DNA of 64,000 nt from a virus (taxonomy: Duplodnaviria > Caudoviricetes). The notes under the pieces were generated by a model. It was not told where the DNA came from, made no database searches, and was given only the letters and a program-made list of their open reading frames with translations. The stretch is taken from positions 4,528 to 68,527 of IMG/VR virus record IMGVR_UViG_2595698332_000001; one strand, written 5' to 3'. Positions 9,894 to 19,767 of the stretch are shown here, piece by piece (positions within the stretch are counted from its first letter, which is position 1; each line of letters opens with the position of its first letter). The position numbers and the translations under genes are program-made.

Positions 9894-10415
9894 ATGGTAT
9901 TCAACAACCAGCCGCAAGGCGTTGACCGAATCGAATCGGCGGCGAACATCACGCTTCAGGTCTCGAAGGGGGCCAAGCAGGCCCGCACGGCGACCGAGGG
10001 CGGCCCCGACGGAGCGGGCACTGGTGATGTGGACGCGGCCACGCAGGAAGTTCCCATCTCCCGACTGGACACCACGAAGGAAATCCAGATTTCCGAAGTG
10101 CGCGAGTCCAGCCTGAAGGCGACGGGCTACAGCATCACGGCCATCTCGTACAGCGGTACGATGATGTTCCGCGGCTCGACCCTCACGCGCATCTTCGATG
10201 AGGGCGAGGGCGGGATTAACGCGCTCGTCTACGACGAGAACGGCGTCCCTGTCCCCGTTTCCATCACCATCACCCACGACCTCAACGGCGAGGCCGAGAC
10301 CTACCAGACCGTTCTGGTCACGAGCGAGTCCTATCAGGTTCGCACGGAGGAAGTCACCGAGACGGCCTTCGATTGGGTGGCTATGGACCGCACCACGGAC
10401 CAGCCGGACAACTAA
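9894..10415 (+). CDS. Tail tube protein
   Basis: 173 aa after sheath; beta-rich, ISYSGTM and ETAFDWVA segments. Confidence 0.75.
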   Translation: MVFNNQPQGVDRIESAANITLQVSKGAKQARTATEGGPDGAGTGDVDAATQEVPISRLDTTKEIQISEVRESSLKATGYSITAISYSGTMMFRGSTLTRIFDEGEGGINALVYDENGVPVPVSITITHDLNGEAETYQTVLVTSESYQVRTEEVTETAFDWVAMDRTTDQPDN

Positions 10416-10454
10416 GCGCGTAGCACCGCTCGCTAACATTTTCTTCATACAAAC

Positions 10455-10988
10455 ATGACTGAATCCGAAACTGAACTCACCGAAACCGCAGAAGACACCG
10501 AAAACGACAGCGAGAAGGACGTTAACATCAGCAAACTGCGCGAGATGGCCCTTCGGGGCGACTCTTACCGCGAGCCGATGGACTTCACGTACTACGGGCT
10601 GGAAGGCGAACTCGTTCTCCGCCCGCTCGCAGACCCGCAGTTCCTCCCCATCGCCGCGATGCTCGAAGCCCGGCTCGACATCGACGCCGAGGAGGCGCAG
10701 GAGATGCTGGAAGACGGCAAAGACCCCGAGGACGGCTCTATCGACCCCTCGCAGTTCGATGAGGAGTTCGTCCAAATCATGAGCGAAGCCGCGGTTATGG
10801 GCATCGACCGCACGCAGGGCATCGCCGAGGGTGAAACCGAGGAGGGCATCCGCGAAATCCTCGGCGTCGGCGGCGAAGGCATCGGCCTTCAGGGCGGCAA
10901 GACGCTCAAAATCGCGGAGCGCGTGCTGAACATGTCCAGCGACGCGGAGAGTGCGAAGTCCTTTCGCAGAGACGGGGGCGGCGAGTAG
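10455..10988 (+). CDS. Tail assembly chaperone
   Basis: Between tube and tape measure; ends in S-F-R encoded TCC TTT CGC. Confidence 0.75.
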   Translation: MTESETELTETAEDTENDSEKDVNISKLREMALRGDSYREPMDFTYYGLEGELVLRPLADPQFLPIAAMLEARLDIDAEEAQEMLEDGKDPEDGSIDPSQFDEEFVQIMSEAAVMGIDRTQGIAEGETEEGIREILGVGGEGIGLQGGKTLKIAERVLNMSSDAESAKSFRRDGGGE

Positions 10989-11286
10989 TTTCGTCACTCT
11001 GTTCAAGGACTACAATATGGGCTTCCACGGCTCGGATGACCAACTTTCGCTGACTCCCCTTCAGCGTCAAATCATTGAGGCCGAGGAAGCCCGCAGGGCG
11101 CGCGCACAGGAAGAAAAGATGGAGGAGATGCGAAACCCCTCGGGTTCATCTCCGGGCGCGCAGGCGGGCGCAGGACGCCCGAGAAATAGCAGAGCCGGTG
11201 GGGCGGGGAACTCCACCGACCAGAAGGAGACCGTCCGGTACATCAACAAGAGCGAGAACCCGGACTTCCAGTTCCCCAACGAGTAA
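10951..11286 (+). CDS. Frameshift extension of tail assembly chaperone (G-T-like)
   Basis: +1 frame ORF overlapping the chaperone and ending just before the tape measure gene. Confidence 0.65.
   Translation: MRSPFAETGAASSFVTLFKDYNMGFHGSDDQLSLTPLQRQIIEAEEARRARAQEEKMEEMRNPSGSSPGAQAGAGRPRNSRAGGAGNSTDQKETVRYINKSENPDFQFPNE
10959..10967 (+). promoter_or_regulatory. Programmed +1 frameshift site TCC-TTT-CGC
   Basis: In frame near the end of the chaperone gene; the +1 frame stays open to 11286. Confidence 0.75.
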
Positions 11287-11289
11287 CTA

Positions 11290-13254
11290 ATGTCAGTTGA
11301 AATCAAAGTAGACCTCGACGCCTCACAGGCTTACGGGGAACTGGCGCAACTCGAAGTTCTGCTGAAGTCTCTCGGTCACGACATGCGTGACCTCGACCTC
11401 AACCTCGGCGAATCTCTCGGCGGTATTAGCGACGAGATTCAGCAGATGGTTGACGCACTTGAGGACGCGGAAGACCGACTTGGGCGGATGGCGCGCGACA
11501 TGAGCATCGCCGCTGAAGCGTGGGAAGACGTAGACTTCGGGATTCACCAGTTTCCGTCTGTTGAAGGCGGGAGTAGCATCGGAGATGACCCACCCGGTAG
11601 AGGCGACGGTGCCGGAAAAATGGCCTACGATGCGGCAACCCGTCGTGACGTAGACCTCGCACAAGGAATCGAGAGTTTATTCGGCCTCGACTTTGGCTCG
11701 GTCAGCAAGGTAGACGACATTGACGCCGACAAGTTCCGTGACGCAATCGCGGACTTTCACAACCTCGTCAACCACGGGGAGACGTTCAACCTGAAAGGCG
11801 CGTCTCTACCGGGGGATGTCCAACCGATGAGGGGGGCGGAGTATGTCCACGATGGACGCTTCGGCCTCGAACCGGCGAGCATGGCCGCGAAGCGCCGAAA
11901 GTACGGCGCTGACCTCGACTTCGAGGACTTCCCGGCGGCGGGCGACTTCCCGAAGGCCCCGAGAGTCGAACTGATGGAACTGTTCGGGTTTGACAAAGAC
12001 TCGGACGCTTCTCTCGCCAACGTCCTCGACGGCTTTGAGGACCGCATCAAGCGCATCATGCCGACCATGAAGAAGTGGTGGCAACTGATTGCGCTTCTCA
12101 TCCCCCTGCTCATCGCGTTGGTGCCGCAGATTCTCGGCGTCGTCGCCGCACTCGGAGCGATGGCGGTCGCCGGAGCGGCGGTCATCGGAGTTGGCCTGCT
12201 CGGCCACGCGCAGAGTATGGAAGAATCGTTCGCGGCGGCGAAGCGTGAAGTACAAGACTTCAAGCGGGCGCTATTCGAGGTCTTCCAGCCGACGGCGCAG
12301 ACGTTCGCACCCATCTCGGGTGAGTTCATGGACTTCGCGCCGACCGAGTTGGAGAGCGTCGCTCGGGCGATGCAAGACCTCGTAGTCTACGAAGACCTCA
12401 TCTTCAATATGTTCTCCGGGCTGTCCGGGGGGCTTGAGGAGTTCGTCAACATCCTCGTCCAGAATCAGGTCGCTATTGACCACCTCTCTCGGAAGTACGG
12501 CGGCCTCATCGGTTCTGGACTCTTAGAGTTCTTCGAGTGGCTGATTCAAGCGGCTTACCGTAATCAGGCCGTCCTCGATGGCCTCGGTCGCATCATCGTG
12601 AAAATTGCGGTCGCGCTCTACAACGTCTCGATGGCAGTCTCGACTGTCCTGACGACGTTCGAGCCGTTCTTCACGATACTCGTCTGGATTAGCGAACTCA
12701 TCAACAGCGAAATCATCATCGGACTCATCACGATGGTTTCGTGGCTGTTCGTCCTCGGCAAGATGGCGCTGTTCATCAAGGCGCTGTACGGGGCGTTCAT
12801 GACGCTCGTTACGGGCATGAAAATCGCTTCGGCGATGATGCTTGGCTACCAGATGACGACGTGGGGCGCAGTTGCCGCCACGCTCGCGCTTGTGGCCGCG
12901 GTCGGGATGCTGACCCTCGGCGCTTCGGCAGTCATCGGTGGCATCGTCACGGGCGGTGCGATGGCTGGAACCGGAGCCGCTACGGGTGCCGGTGGCCCCA
13001 ACTTCGCGGGCGGCGGGGTCGGACCCGGAGCGCAGGTCGGCGGTATGGGAACGACAGTCGTGAACAACTACAACTACAACTTGGAGAACCACGGCCCGAT
13101 GGACAGTTCAACTCAGCAGGGCTTCCGCTCGCAGTTCAAGCGGTTTGAAGGCGAGAGCCAAGCGATGAAGCCGCCCGAGGTGGAGACCTCGGCTACTTCC
13201 TCGAAGTCGAACGTTGAGAACGCTCCAACTGATGGAAGTGAGGGTGGTAACTGA
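11290..13254 (+). CDS. Tape measure protein
   Basis: 654 aa, helical with hydrophobic Ala/Gly-rich segments; follows chaperone. Confidence 0.8.
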   Translation: MSVEIKVDLDASQAYGELAQLEVLLKSLGHDMRDLDLNLGESLGGISDEIQQMVDALEDAEDRLGRMARDMSIAAEAWEDVDFGIHQFPSVEGGSSIGDDPPGRGDGAGKMAYDAATRRDVDLAQGIESLFGLDFGSVSKVDDIDADKFRDAIADFHNLVNHGETFNLKGASLPGDVQPMRGAEYVHDGRFGLEPASMAAKRRKYGADLDFEDFPAAGDFPKAPRVELMELFGFDKDSDASLANVLDGFEDRIKRIMPTMKKWWQLIALLIPLLIALVPQILGVVAALGAMAVAGAAVIGVGLLGHAQSMEESFAAAKREVQDFKRALFEVFQPTAQTFAPISGEFMDFAPTELESVARAMQDLVVYEDLIFNMFSGLSGGLEEFVNILVQNQVAIDHLSRKYGGLIGSGLLEFFEWLIQAAYRNQAVLDGLGRIIVKIAVALYNVSMAVSTVLTTFEPFFTILVWISELINSEIIIGLITMVSWLFVLGKMALFIKALYGAFMTLVTGMKIASAMMLGYQMTTWGAVAATLALVAAVGMLTLGASAVIGGIVTGGAMAGTGAATGAGGPNFAGGGVGPGAQVGGMGTTVVNNYNYNLENHGPMDSSTQQGFRSQFKRFEGESQAMKPPEVETSATSSKSNVENAPTDGSEGGN

Positions 13255-13781
13255 TGAACGTAAACGAGCCATTTAGCGGCGGTGGTGTGGGCGACTCCGG
13301 GGGAATCTACGACTACGAAATCCCCAATGAACCCCACAAGTCGCTCCCCTTCGAGATTCAACGAGTTTCCCCAACCGGGGAAAACTTGTACCCTACCTTC
13401 GCGCCCGAATACTACCCTGACAGGTTCCCACAAACGAAGGACAAGGAACTGAACCGAAACGGACAGCAGTGCGGCGGTGAGGACGTGACCATCAAGGCGG
13501 TCAAAAACACCGAGTTTCACATCTCGGGGGTCGTCCTCGCTAAAGAAGTTCCTGTCCTGAAACGGCTACAAGACCACGATGGAGTCACAAACGTCTACTC
13601 TCCGCTGTCCCCGACCGGGGGCGTCGAGAGTTACGTAAAAAAGGTAGAAATCGACGCGACGCCCGAGGGCTACGACGGCGTGTTCCGCCAGTGGCGGTTC
13701 GCGTACACGATAGACCTCGTGAGTACCGGAAAGGACGAGTACGAGCGCGGCACGAACGCCATCGTCTCGGCGATTATTTAA
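13254..13781 (+). CDS. Tail tube initiator / baseplate protein (putative)
   Basis: 175 aa after tape measure; synteny. Confidence 0.55.
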   Translation: MNVNEPFSGGGVGDSGGIYDYEIPNEPHKSLPFEIQRVSPTGENLYPTFAPEYYPDRFPQTKDKELNRNGQQCGGEDVTIKAVKNTEFHISGVVLAKEVPVLKRLQDHDGVTNVYSPLSPTGGVESYVKKVEIDATPEGYDGVFRQWRFAYTIDLVSTGKDEYERGTNAIVSAII

Positions 13782-13785
13782 TCCG

Positions 13786-15303
13786 ATGACCTGCACGAAT
13801 CCACAGTGGACGGTTCGGTTCCCGATGGTCGATGGGGCGCGTGGTCCGTTCGAGATTAAACCGCGAGAGTTGACGCTTCGGATGGAGCGGAACTCCTACG
13901 ATTACGCTCGGGCCGAGTTCCCCGTCGAGGTCGGCGAGGCCATGAAGCCGCACACCCGCGAAGATGATGGGAAACTGCGCTACTCGCAGTACGTCCACAT
14001 CTGCGTTGACGGCGTTCCCGTTCACTCGCTCTACTTCCGGCCCGACTTCGTGACCTACGGCGAACACGGGACGTTCATCGAGTTCCACGACCTTCAGGAG
14101 TCGATGGACTCCGGCATCGTGGACAAGCACTGGTCGAGCGTGACGCTCGAAGAAGCCTACACGTACATCTTCGAGAAACGCAAGAGCGACCTCATCACGG
14201 ACATCAAGTTCACCGTCCCCGACGAAAACCTCGTCGGGCAGGCTCGTGTTGACACACTCGTCGGCGAGCAGGCCCTCGAAGGCCGCGACGAGCGGTTCTT
14301 CGGAACCGGCCTGACGATGGACGACCTCGAAGGCTTCGGCGGCGGCGCGCTTGGCCGTGCTGGCGGTCAATTGAACCGCTACATCAATCCCTTCGAGAAG
14401 GGGAAGATTGACCGCGACAACACAAAGGAGTTGATGGACGGCTACTACGCCATCGACTTCGAGCAAATTTCCCCTGCTACTGCGATTTGGAAGTTGAACG
14501 AGATGTTCAACGTTCAGACGTGGGTGGACATCGACCGGACGCTTCACGTCGGCGTTCCTGAAGCAGAGAGCATCCGCCACGTCGCCGCACCCGATGACTC
14601 GCGGGCGTGGCGGTACAACAGCGACGGCGTGAACATCAAGCACCCCCGCGACCCCATCTACGCGGTTCTTGTGGAGGGCGAGTGGGTAGACGAGCCGGGC
14701 GTCGGGACGCTCGATGACATCGTTTCGTGGTTCAACCAGAGCGACGAGGATGGATTTGGTGACGTTCGAGCCGAGGGCGTGGCGTTTATTCCGGGCGTTG
14801 ACCCCGAGATGGGACAGACGCTCAAGGTGAAAGACACGAACGCGAAGCGCGACTCGCTCGGCGCGGTCGCCCGGCTCGCGCTGTACGAGCAGATGAAAAA
14901 CCAGCACTCCGGGTCTGTCCAAATCAACCCCGCGCTTTCCGGGGGCCGCTTCGGTCGGCCCGAATCACTTCGCGTTGGGGACGCGCTTCACATCGTTCCC
15001 GACGACCAGTGGTTTGACAACCCCGGCGCTGAGTCGGGGGAACTCGGAGACCGCCCGGACAACTTCAACGACTTCTGCGGCGGCTTCATACACAACGAGG
15101 TCTACCTCGTCCACGGAGTCACCCACAGCGTCACCGGGTCTGAGTGGACAATGACGGCCCACGTCGGGATGTTTCCCGACTTCGAGGCCCAGTCGTTCGT
15201 CCGCTACTTCGACCCGCGCTCCGGCGAGTACGTGAGCGAGGAGGACGTGTTCGGGAGCGACATCGACTTCCTCCCGGCTTGGATGTCCATAGAGGACTTC
15301 TAA
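13786..15303 (+). CDS. Baseplate hub protein (putative)
   Basis: 505 aa upstream of spike; LRVGD...YLVHGVTHSV...WTM C-terminal pattern of hub proteins. Confidence 0.65.
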   Translation: MTCTNPQWTVRFPMVDGARGPFEIKPRELTLRMERNSYDYARAEFPVEVGEAMKPHTREDDGKLRYSQYVHICVDGVPVHSLYFRPDFVTYGEHGTFIEFHDLQESMDSGIVDKHWSSVTLEEAYTYIFEKRKSDLITDIKFTVPDENLVGQARVDTLVGEQALEGRDERFFGTGLTMDDLEGFGGGALGRAGGQLNRYINPFEKGKIDRDNTKELMDGYYAIDFEQISPATAIWKLNEMFNVQTWVDIDRTLHVGVPEAESIRHVAAPDDSRAWRYNSDGVNIKHPRDPIYAVLVEGEWVDEPGVGTLDDIVSWFNQSDEDGFGDVRAEGVAFIPGVDPEMGQTLKVKDTNAKRDSLGAVARLALYEQMKNQHSGSVQINPALSGGRFGRPESLRVGDALHIVPDDQWFDNPGAESGELGDRPDNFNDFCGGFIHNEVYLVHGVTHSVTGSEWTMTAHVGMFPDFEAQSFVRYFDPRSGEYVSEEDVFGSDIDFLPAWMSIEDF

Positions 15304-15324
15304 CGCGGTTCTCACCCCCCTCCG

Positions 15325-15332
15325 TATATAAA
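15325..15332 (+). promoter_or_regulatory. TATA box for leaderless spike gene
   Basis: TATATAAA beginning 27 nt upstream of ATG 15352. Confidence 0.55.
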
Positions 15333-15351
15333 CCAATTACCTTTCATAGTT

Positions 15352-15762
15352 ATGGAACACGGCATCATCACGGCTACACGATACGAGAAAGGCGTGGTCC
15401 TGTGTAACGTTCAGGCAATCCGCGTCGATACCGAGTACCGCGACGTACCTATGCTGAAGCCCTTTGATGGCTTCGCCGTGGTTCCTTCTATCGGTCAAAA
15501 GGTCACGATGACCAAACTCGGCGACGGAACGCGGTTCATCACCCAAGTTCTCGCGCGCCGACCGGAAGAAGAACGCCCCGCTTCATTAGAATCGGGTGAA
15601 GTCTCTATCCAACTGGACGCCGACACAAAACTCACGTTTACGAAAAACGGAGCAGACGGTTACAACGTTGAACTATCGGCATCCGGCGACGTGACGGTCT
15701 CGTCGGCGGGCCACCTTCAGTTCAACGCACAGACGGTAGACTTCAGCACGGGTGGTTCCTGA
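15352..15762 (+). CDS. Baseplate central spike (gpV-like)
   Basis: VPSIGQKV OB-fold motif and SLESGEV; followed by PAAR. Confidence 0.72.
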   Translation: MEHGIITATRYEKGVVLCNVQAIRVDTEYRDVPMLKPFDGFAVVPSIGQKVTMTKLGDGTRFITQVLARRPEEERPASLESGEVSIQLDADTKLTFTKNGADGYNVELSASGDVTVSSAGHLQFNAQTVDFSTGGS

Positions 15763-16127
15763 TGCCTAAAATCGCTCTCATCGGAGCGTCGTGTGAAGCG
15801 ACAGGACACCCGGGCGAGTGTGGCTCGGTCGCCAGCGGAGCGACGCAAGACTCCGACGGCGACACGAGTGTCACAATCAACGGGACGCCTGTGGCGACCC
15901 ACGGCGATGTGATGAACTTCCCAAGCCACGCTCACGCCTACACTGGCGACCCTCCGGCTTGTACCTCGTACTCGTCTCACGACCTCACACCCGATGAGGC
16001 TCCGGCGATTACAGTCAACGGACAGCCCGTAATGCGAGCGGGAGATTCGACTACCGACCCGGGAAGCGGTGGCACGGCGAGCATCATCAACAGCGGCGGA
16101 AACGGCGCAGTAACGCACACTGAATAG
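15762..16127 (+). CDS. PAAR-repeat spike tip protein
   Basis: VTINGTPVATHGD and ITVNGQPVMRAGD repeats with His/Cys ligands. Confidence 0.85.
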   Translation: MPKIALIGASCEATGHPGECGSVASGATQDSDGDTSVTINGTPVATHGDVMNFPSHAHAYTGDPPACTSYSSHDLTPDEAPAITVNGQPVMRAGDSTTDPGSGGTASIINSGGNGAVTHTE

Positions 16128-16166
16128 AGCCGCGGTCCCCGCGGCGCACTCATCGAGTTCCAATAC

Positions 16167-16490
16167 ATGGACTTAGCCCTCAACAGTGACTTCTCCGTGT
16201 TTCTGGACGACCGCAACGACCTTGCGGTAGTCGAGGGACGAGAAGCGTTCGAGCAGTCGGTAGTCATCACGCTCACCGACTTTATGCAGGACGTTCTCTC
16301 GAACTACAACCCCGACACCATCAAGTCGAAACTACGGCTTCAGGTCACGCGCGTCGCTCGGGAACACGACCAGATACAGAGCATCGACTACATCAACATT
16401 TACCGTAAACAAGACGCGGGCGACACCTACGTCGTTGAGGTCGTGTACCTCACCGATGAGGCCGCCTTCTCTACCGAGGTGGCCGCTTAA
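16167..16490 (+). CDS. Baseplate wedge gp25/gpW-like protein
   Basis: DLAVVEGREAFEQSV motif; upstream of baseplate J. Confidence 0.72.
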   Translation: MDLALNSDFSVFLDDRNDLAVVEGREAFEQSVVITLTDFMQDVLSNYNPDTIKSKLRLQVTRVAREHDQIQSIDYINIYRKQDAGDTYVVEVVYLTDEAAFSTEVAA

Positions 16491-17704
16491 TGACGCTCAG
16501 GAACGGCAGGTTTGCCTCGCAGTCCGAGGAGGAAATCCTCGATGCGATGGTCGCCGACGCGAAAGAATACTTCGGCGAAGACCTGAACGACACCGAGACG
16601 GCAATCGTCCGTACTTTCTACCGTCCTATCGCGGCCCGGCTCGCCGAGGCTCAAGAGGACATCGGACTCGTCCTCGACTCCTCGCAAATCGACCACGCGA
16701 GCGGAGCCGCGCTGGACCTGCTCTGCGCGCTCATCGGAATCCGACGCAAGTCGGCGAAGCGCGCCAGCGGCGAAGTCACGTTCTCGCGGGATACCGCCGC
16801 TGACAACGACTACGTTGTGAAGACCGGGACGCTCGTTCAGACGGACTCCTCGGCGCCACTTCGGTTTCAAACCACGAAGCGAGTTACGCTCGCTGAAGGC
16901 AACACTTCCGTAAGTGCGCCGGTCGAGGCGGTCGAGGGCGGAGTGGACTACAACCTCGGGACAAACACCCTGACCGTGATGCCCGACCCCCCAACAGGGG
17001 TTCTCAACGCCACGAACACCGCCGAAATTACCGGCGGGCAAAACCCCGAAAGCGACGAAGACCTCCGAATCCGCGCGAAAGAAGAACTCGCAGAAGGTTC
17101 GCGCGCCTCTGCTCCGGCGCTCATCAACGCGGTTCAGTCGGTTCAGGGCGTCACGTCTGTCGCTATCGACATCAGGGACGCGCCTGAAGACGACGACGGC
17201 TTCGAGTTGACTATCGCGGGTGGGAAGGACAAAGAAATCGGACAGGCCATCCTCGATACGAAGGCAGTCGGAGACACGTCGTTTGGCGGTCAGGTCGGAA
17301 CCGCGGTTACGGTCACGGCTGACCTTCCGAACGGACAGACGCACGACGTGACGTTTTCTCGACCGTCTGAAATCCTCATCTACGTCACGGCTGACCTCAA
17401 GGTCACAGACGAGTTCGAGGGCATCGAGGCCATCCGCGACAGCATCGTGGGCTACCTCGGTGGAATCACGACGAGCGGGGCTGACATCACCGGCCTCGGC
17501 GTCGGCGACGATGTAATCCACGGCGAAATTGAGTACGCTATTCGGTCGGTCACGGGCGTCTACGACGTTACTTCGCTCACAATCGGCAAGAGCGCGAACC
17601 CGACCGGCACGGACAACCTCACCATCACGAACACCGAGGTCGCCTCTGGTGACGCGACCGACGGCTCGATTGAAGTGACGACTACCGAGGTGACTTCCTC
17701 ATGA
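16490..17704 (+). CDS. Baseplate J-like protein
   Basis: ASGAALDLL, A.GEVTF, GG.NPESDEDLRIR and V.GV motifs. Confidence 0.9.
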   Translation: MTLRNGRFASQSEEEILDAMVADAKEYFGEDLNDTETAIVRTFYRPIAARLAEAQEDIGLVLDSSQIDHASGAALDLLCALIGIRRKSAKRASGEVTFSRDTAADNDYVVKTGTLVQTDSSAPLRFQTTKRVTLAEGNTSVSAPVEAVEGGVDYNLGTNTLTVMPDPPTGVLNATNTAEITGGQNPESDEDLRIRAKEELAEGSRASAPALINAVQSVQGVTSVAIDIRDAPEDDDGFELTIAGGKDKEIGQAILDTKAVGDTSFGGQVGTAVTVTADLPNGQTHDVTFSRPSEILIYVTADLKVTDEFEGIEAIRDSIVGYLGGITTSGADITGLGVGDDVIHGEIEYAIRSVTGVYDVTSLTIGKSANPTGTDNLTITNTEVASGDATDGSIEVTTTEVTSS

Positions 17705-18687
17705 GCGGGACTAAGTTGAACGACGATGGGCTGAAGATTGAGGCTCAAGACCTCTCGCTTCTCAGCCCGACGAACGAGGACGACAACCGGCTGTTCAATC
17801 ACGACGGCTCATCGGCTATCACACTCGCTGGCGGAACCACGACCTCGAACGCGGGGTACTACATGTGGGACAACGCCGCCGGGGCTTGGGCACCGATGAA
17901 AGAGAACGTCGAGCGAGTCGGCGGCTACACGGCTTCTGAAATCGCCAAACTGGCCGAGAACGAGTCTGTCTCCGGGCTGTGGGACTTCGGACAGAACCCC
18001 ACGGTTAACGGAAACCCGGTGTTTCACGGCGGAAACAAGATAGACTCGACCGACCTCGCTTTCGACCCCGCCGAGCAAGTCGAACTCGACGCTCACGTTT
18101 CGCGGTCGAATCCTCACAACACAACGGCAAGCGACGTAGGCGCGGCCCCGGAATCTCACGCTACAGACAAGAGCAATCCACACAGCGTGACCGCGGCGCA
18201 GGTTGGAGCATTAGAAAATCCAATCTCGTCCGCGGTAAATATGAACGGGAACTACCTCGACAACCGCAAGGGAGTGTTCTTCGGCTATGGAGCATCACAC
18301 GGCGGGATGGACGGAGGAGTTCACGCAAACGTTGCTAACAACGTTGTTGTTTCTAATGGCTACTCCAAAAATTCTTCTTCTTCTGTTCAAGTAAACCGCT
18401 CTGGTCTGTACAAAATTAACTACTCCATCAATTTCCATCAAACTGGAGGAGGTGGGCGAGCCGTTATGGCGGCCCGCGTTGAAGTTAACGGGTCAGCAAA
18501 GGGAGGCCAAAGCGAATCTCGGTGTTACATCCGCAACACAGCAGATGGTGACATGAACCACGTCACCGCAGAGTGCGTGTTAAATCTGAACTCTGGTGAC
18601 GACATCCAAGTTTATGCTTGGAGGCATCACGGAGTTACTGGACACGACATCACGCACGGTCGAATTTCGATGGAGTATCTTGGCTGA
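17701..18687 (+). CDS. Tail fibre-like protein with C-terminal C1q/TNF-like domain
   Basis: NPHxxTAxxVGA repeats; SGLYKINYSI...LNLNSGDDIQVY resembles C1q-like fold. Confidence 0.65.
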   Translation: MSGTKLNDDGLKIEAQDLSLLSPTNEDDNRLFNHDGSSAITLAGGTTTSNAGYYMWDNAAGAWAPMKENVERVGGYTASEIAKLAENESVSGLWDFGQNPTVNGNPVFHGGNKIDSTDLAFDPAEQVELDAHVSRSNPHNTTASDVGAAPESHATDKSNPHSVTAAQVGALENPISSAVNMNGNYLDNRKGVFFGYGASHGGMDGGVHANVANNVVVSNGYSKNSSSSVQVNRSGLYKINYSINFHQTGGGGRAVMAARVEVNGSAKGGQSESRCYIRNTADGDMNHVTAECVLNLNSGDDIQVYAWRHHGVTGHDITHGRISMEYLG

Positions 18688-18689
18688 CC

Positions 18690-19094
18690 ATGAAACTGGG
18701 AGCCAACGTCGAGTTCGAGTGTAGCAACGGCGGCTCTATTCGTATGGTCGGCAATGCGACCGACCTCGGAGAGATTGGAACCGATGAGGGGTGGGCGTTC
18801 TACGACGACCTCTACATCAACACCAACACCGCTCTTACGCTCGACCTGTCCGGGGTGAACTTCGTACAAGCCCTGCTCGAAACACGAGACGGAGCGACGG
18901 TTATGATGTTCGGTATCCAGAGCCGGGAACCGAACGGAACGGCAGACATCCGGCTCACCGGACTTTTGCCCGAGACGTGGTATCGGCTTCAGTTTGACGG
19001 CGCGCTCGCCGAGACGGCGAGCGGGCGGTCTCACGGCCAGTCTACGCCGAGTGGCGAGTTACAATTCAACGAAGTGAGCATCCCAAATGAGTGA
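18690..19094 (+). CDS. Hypothetical virion protein
   Basis: ATG at 18690 just after upstream stop; 134 aa, beta-rich. Confidence 0.6.
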   Translation: MKLGANVEFECSNGGSIRMVGNATDLGEIGTDEGWAFYDDLYINTNTALTLDLSGVNFVQALLETRDGATVMMFGIQSREPNGTADIRLTGLLPETWYRLQFDGALAETASGRSHGQSTPSGELQFNEVSIPNE

Positions 19095-19761
19095 CGCAGA
19101 AATTCTGGTTTCCACCGGGGAGACCTCAGACTCGGGCCAAGAAATCGTTGACAGCCTGCCTACGTGGATGCCAACCGATGAGGCCAGCGGGAACTTCAAA
19201 CTCCTCGACGTGGTTGGGCGGGCGATTGACCGGCTCGACTCCGACATCGAGAGCGTAGACGACGCGAAAAGCGTCCAGAGCGCAACGAGCATCGCGCAAA
19301 TCGAGCAGTTGGCGCGGCTCGTGAACTCCCCGCCGCGAGATGGGGAGACGCTTGAAAAGTACCGCGCCCGGACGATGGTCCGGTTCGCGCAGAACACGTC
19401 CGAAGGGACTATCGGCGACGTAATCAACGGCCTTTCGGCCATCTTCGATACCGACGCCGAGAACTTCCGCTATCAGGACTGGAAGCGCCTGTTCGACCTC
19501 AAGCGGCAGGTCTTCTTGCTTCCCTACGACGACGTGAAAGCCCACCCGTTCAAAGCACCTGACCTTCAGGAACTTCTGAACGACATCACCGCCGCCGCGA
19601 AGACCGTCGAGCCGATGTGGAACGGCGACCTCGTGGCTTGGTCCGCAGAGGACTACGAGAAGCAGGGTGCGTGGGACACCTACGCCGACGGTGCTGACGG
19701 ACTGGACGCGGAAGGAAATCCTACCGGCGAAGGTGGAACCCCCGCCGGACTCATCGAGTAA
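19087..19761 (+). CDS. Baseplate wedge protein (gpI-like)
   Basis: ATS..QIEQLA...RDGETLEKYRAR...GT motif. Confidence 0.7.
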   Translation: MSDAEILVSTGETSDSGQEIVDSLPTWMPTDEASGNFKLLDVVGRAIDRLDSDIESVDDAKSVQSATSIAQIEQLARLVNSPPRDGETLEKYRARTMVRFAQNTSEGTIGDVINGLSAIFDTDAENFRYQDWKRLFDLKRQVFLLPYDDVKAHPFKAPDLQELLNDITAAAKTVEPMWNGDLVAWSAEDYEKQGAWDTYADGADGLDAEGNPTGEGGTPAGLIE

Positions 19762-19767
19762 TCACAC

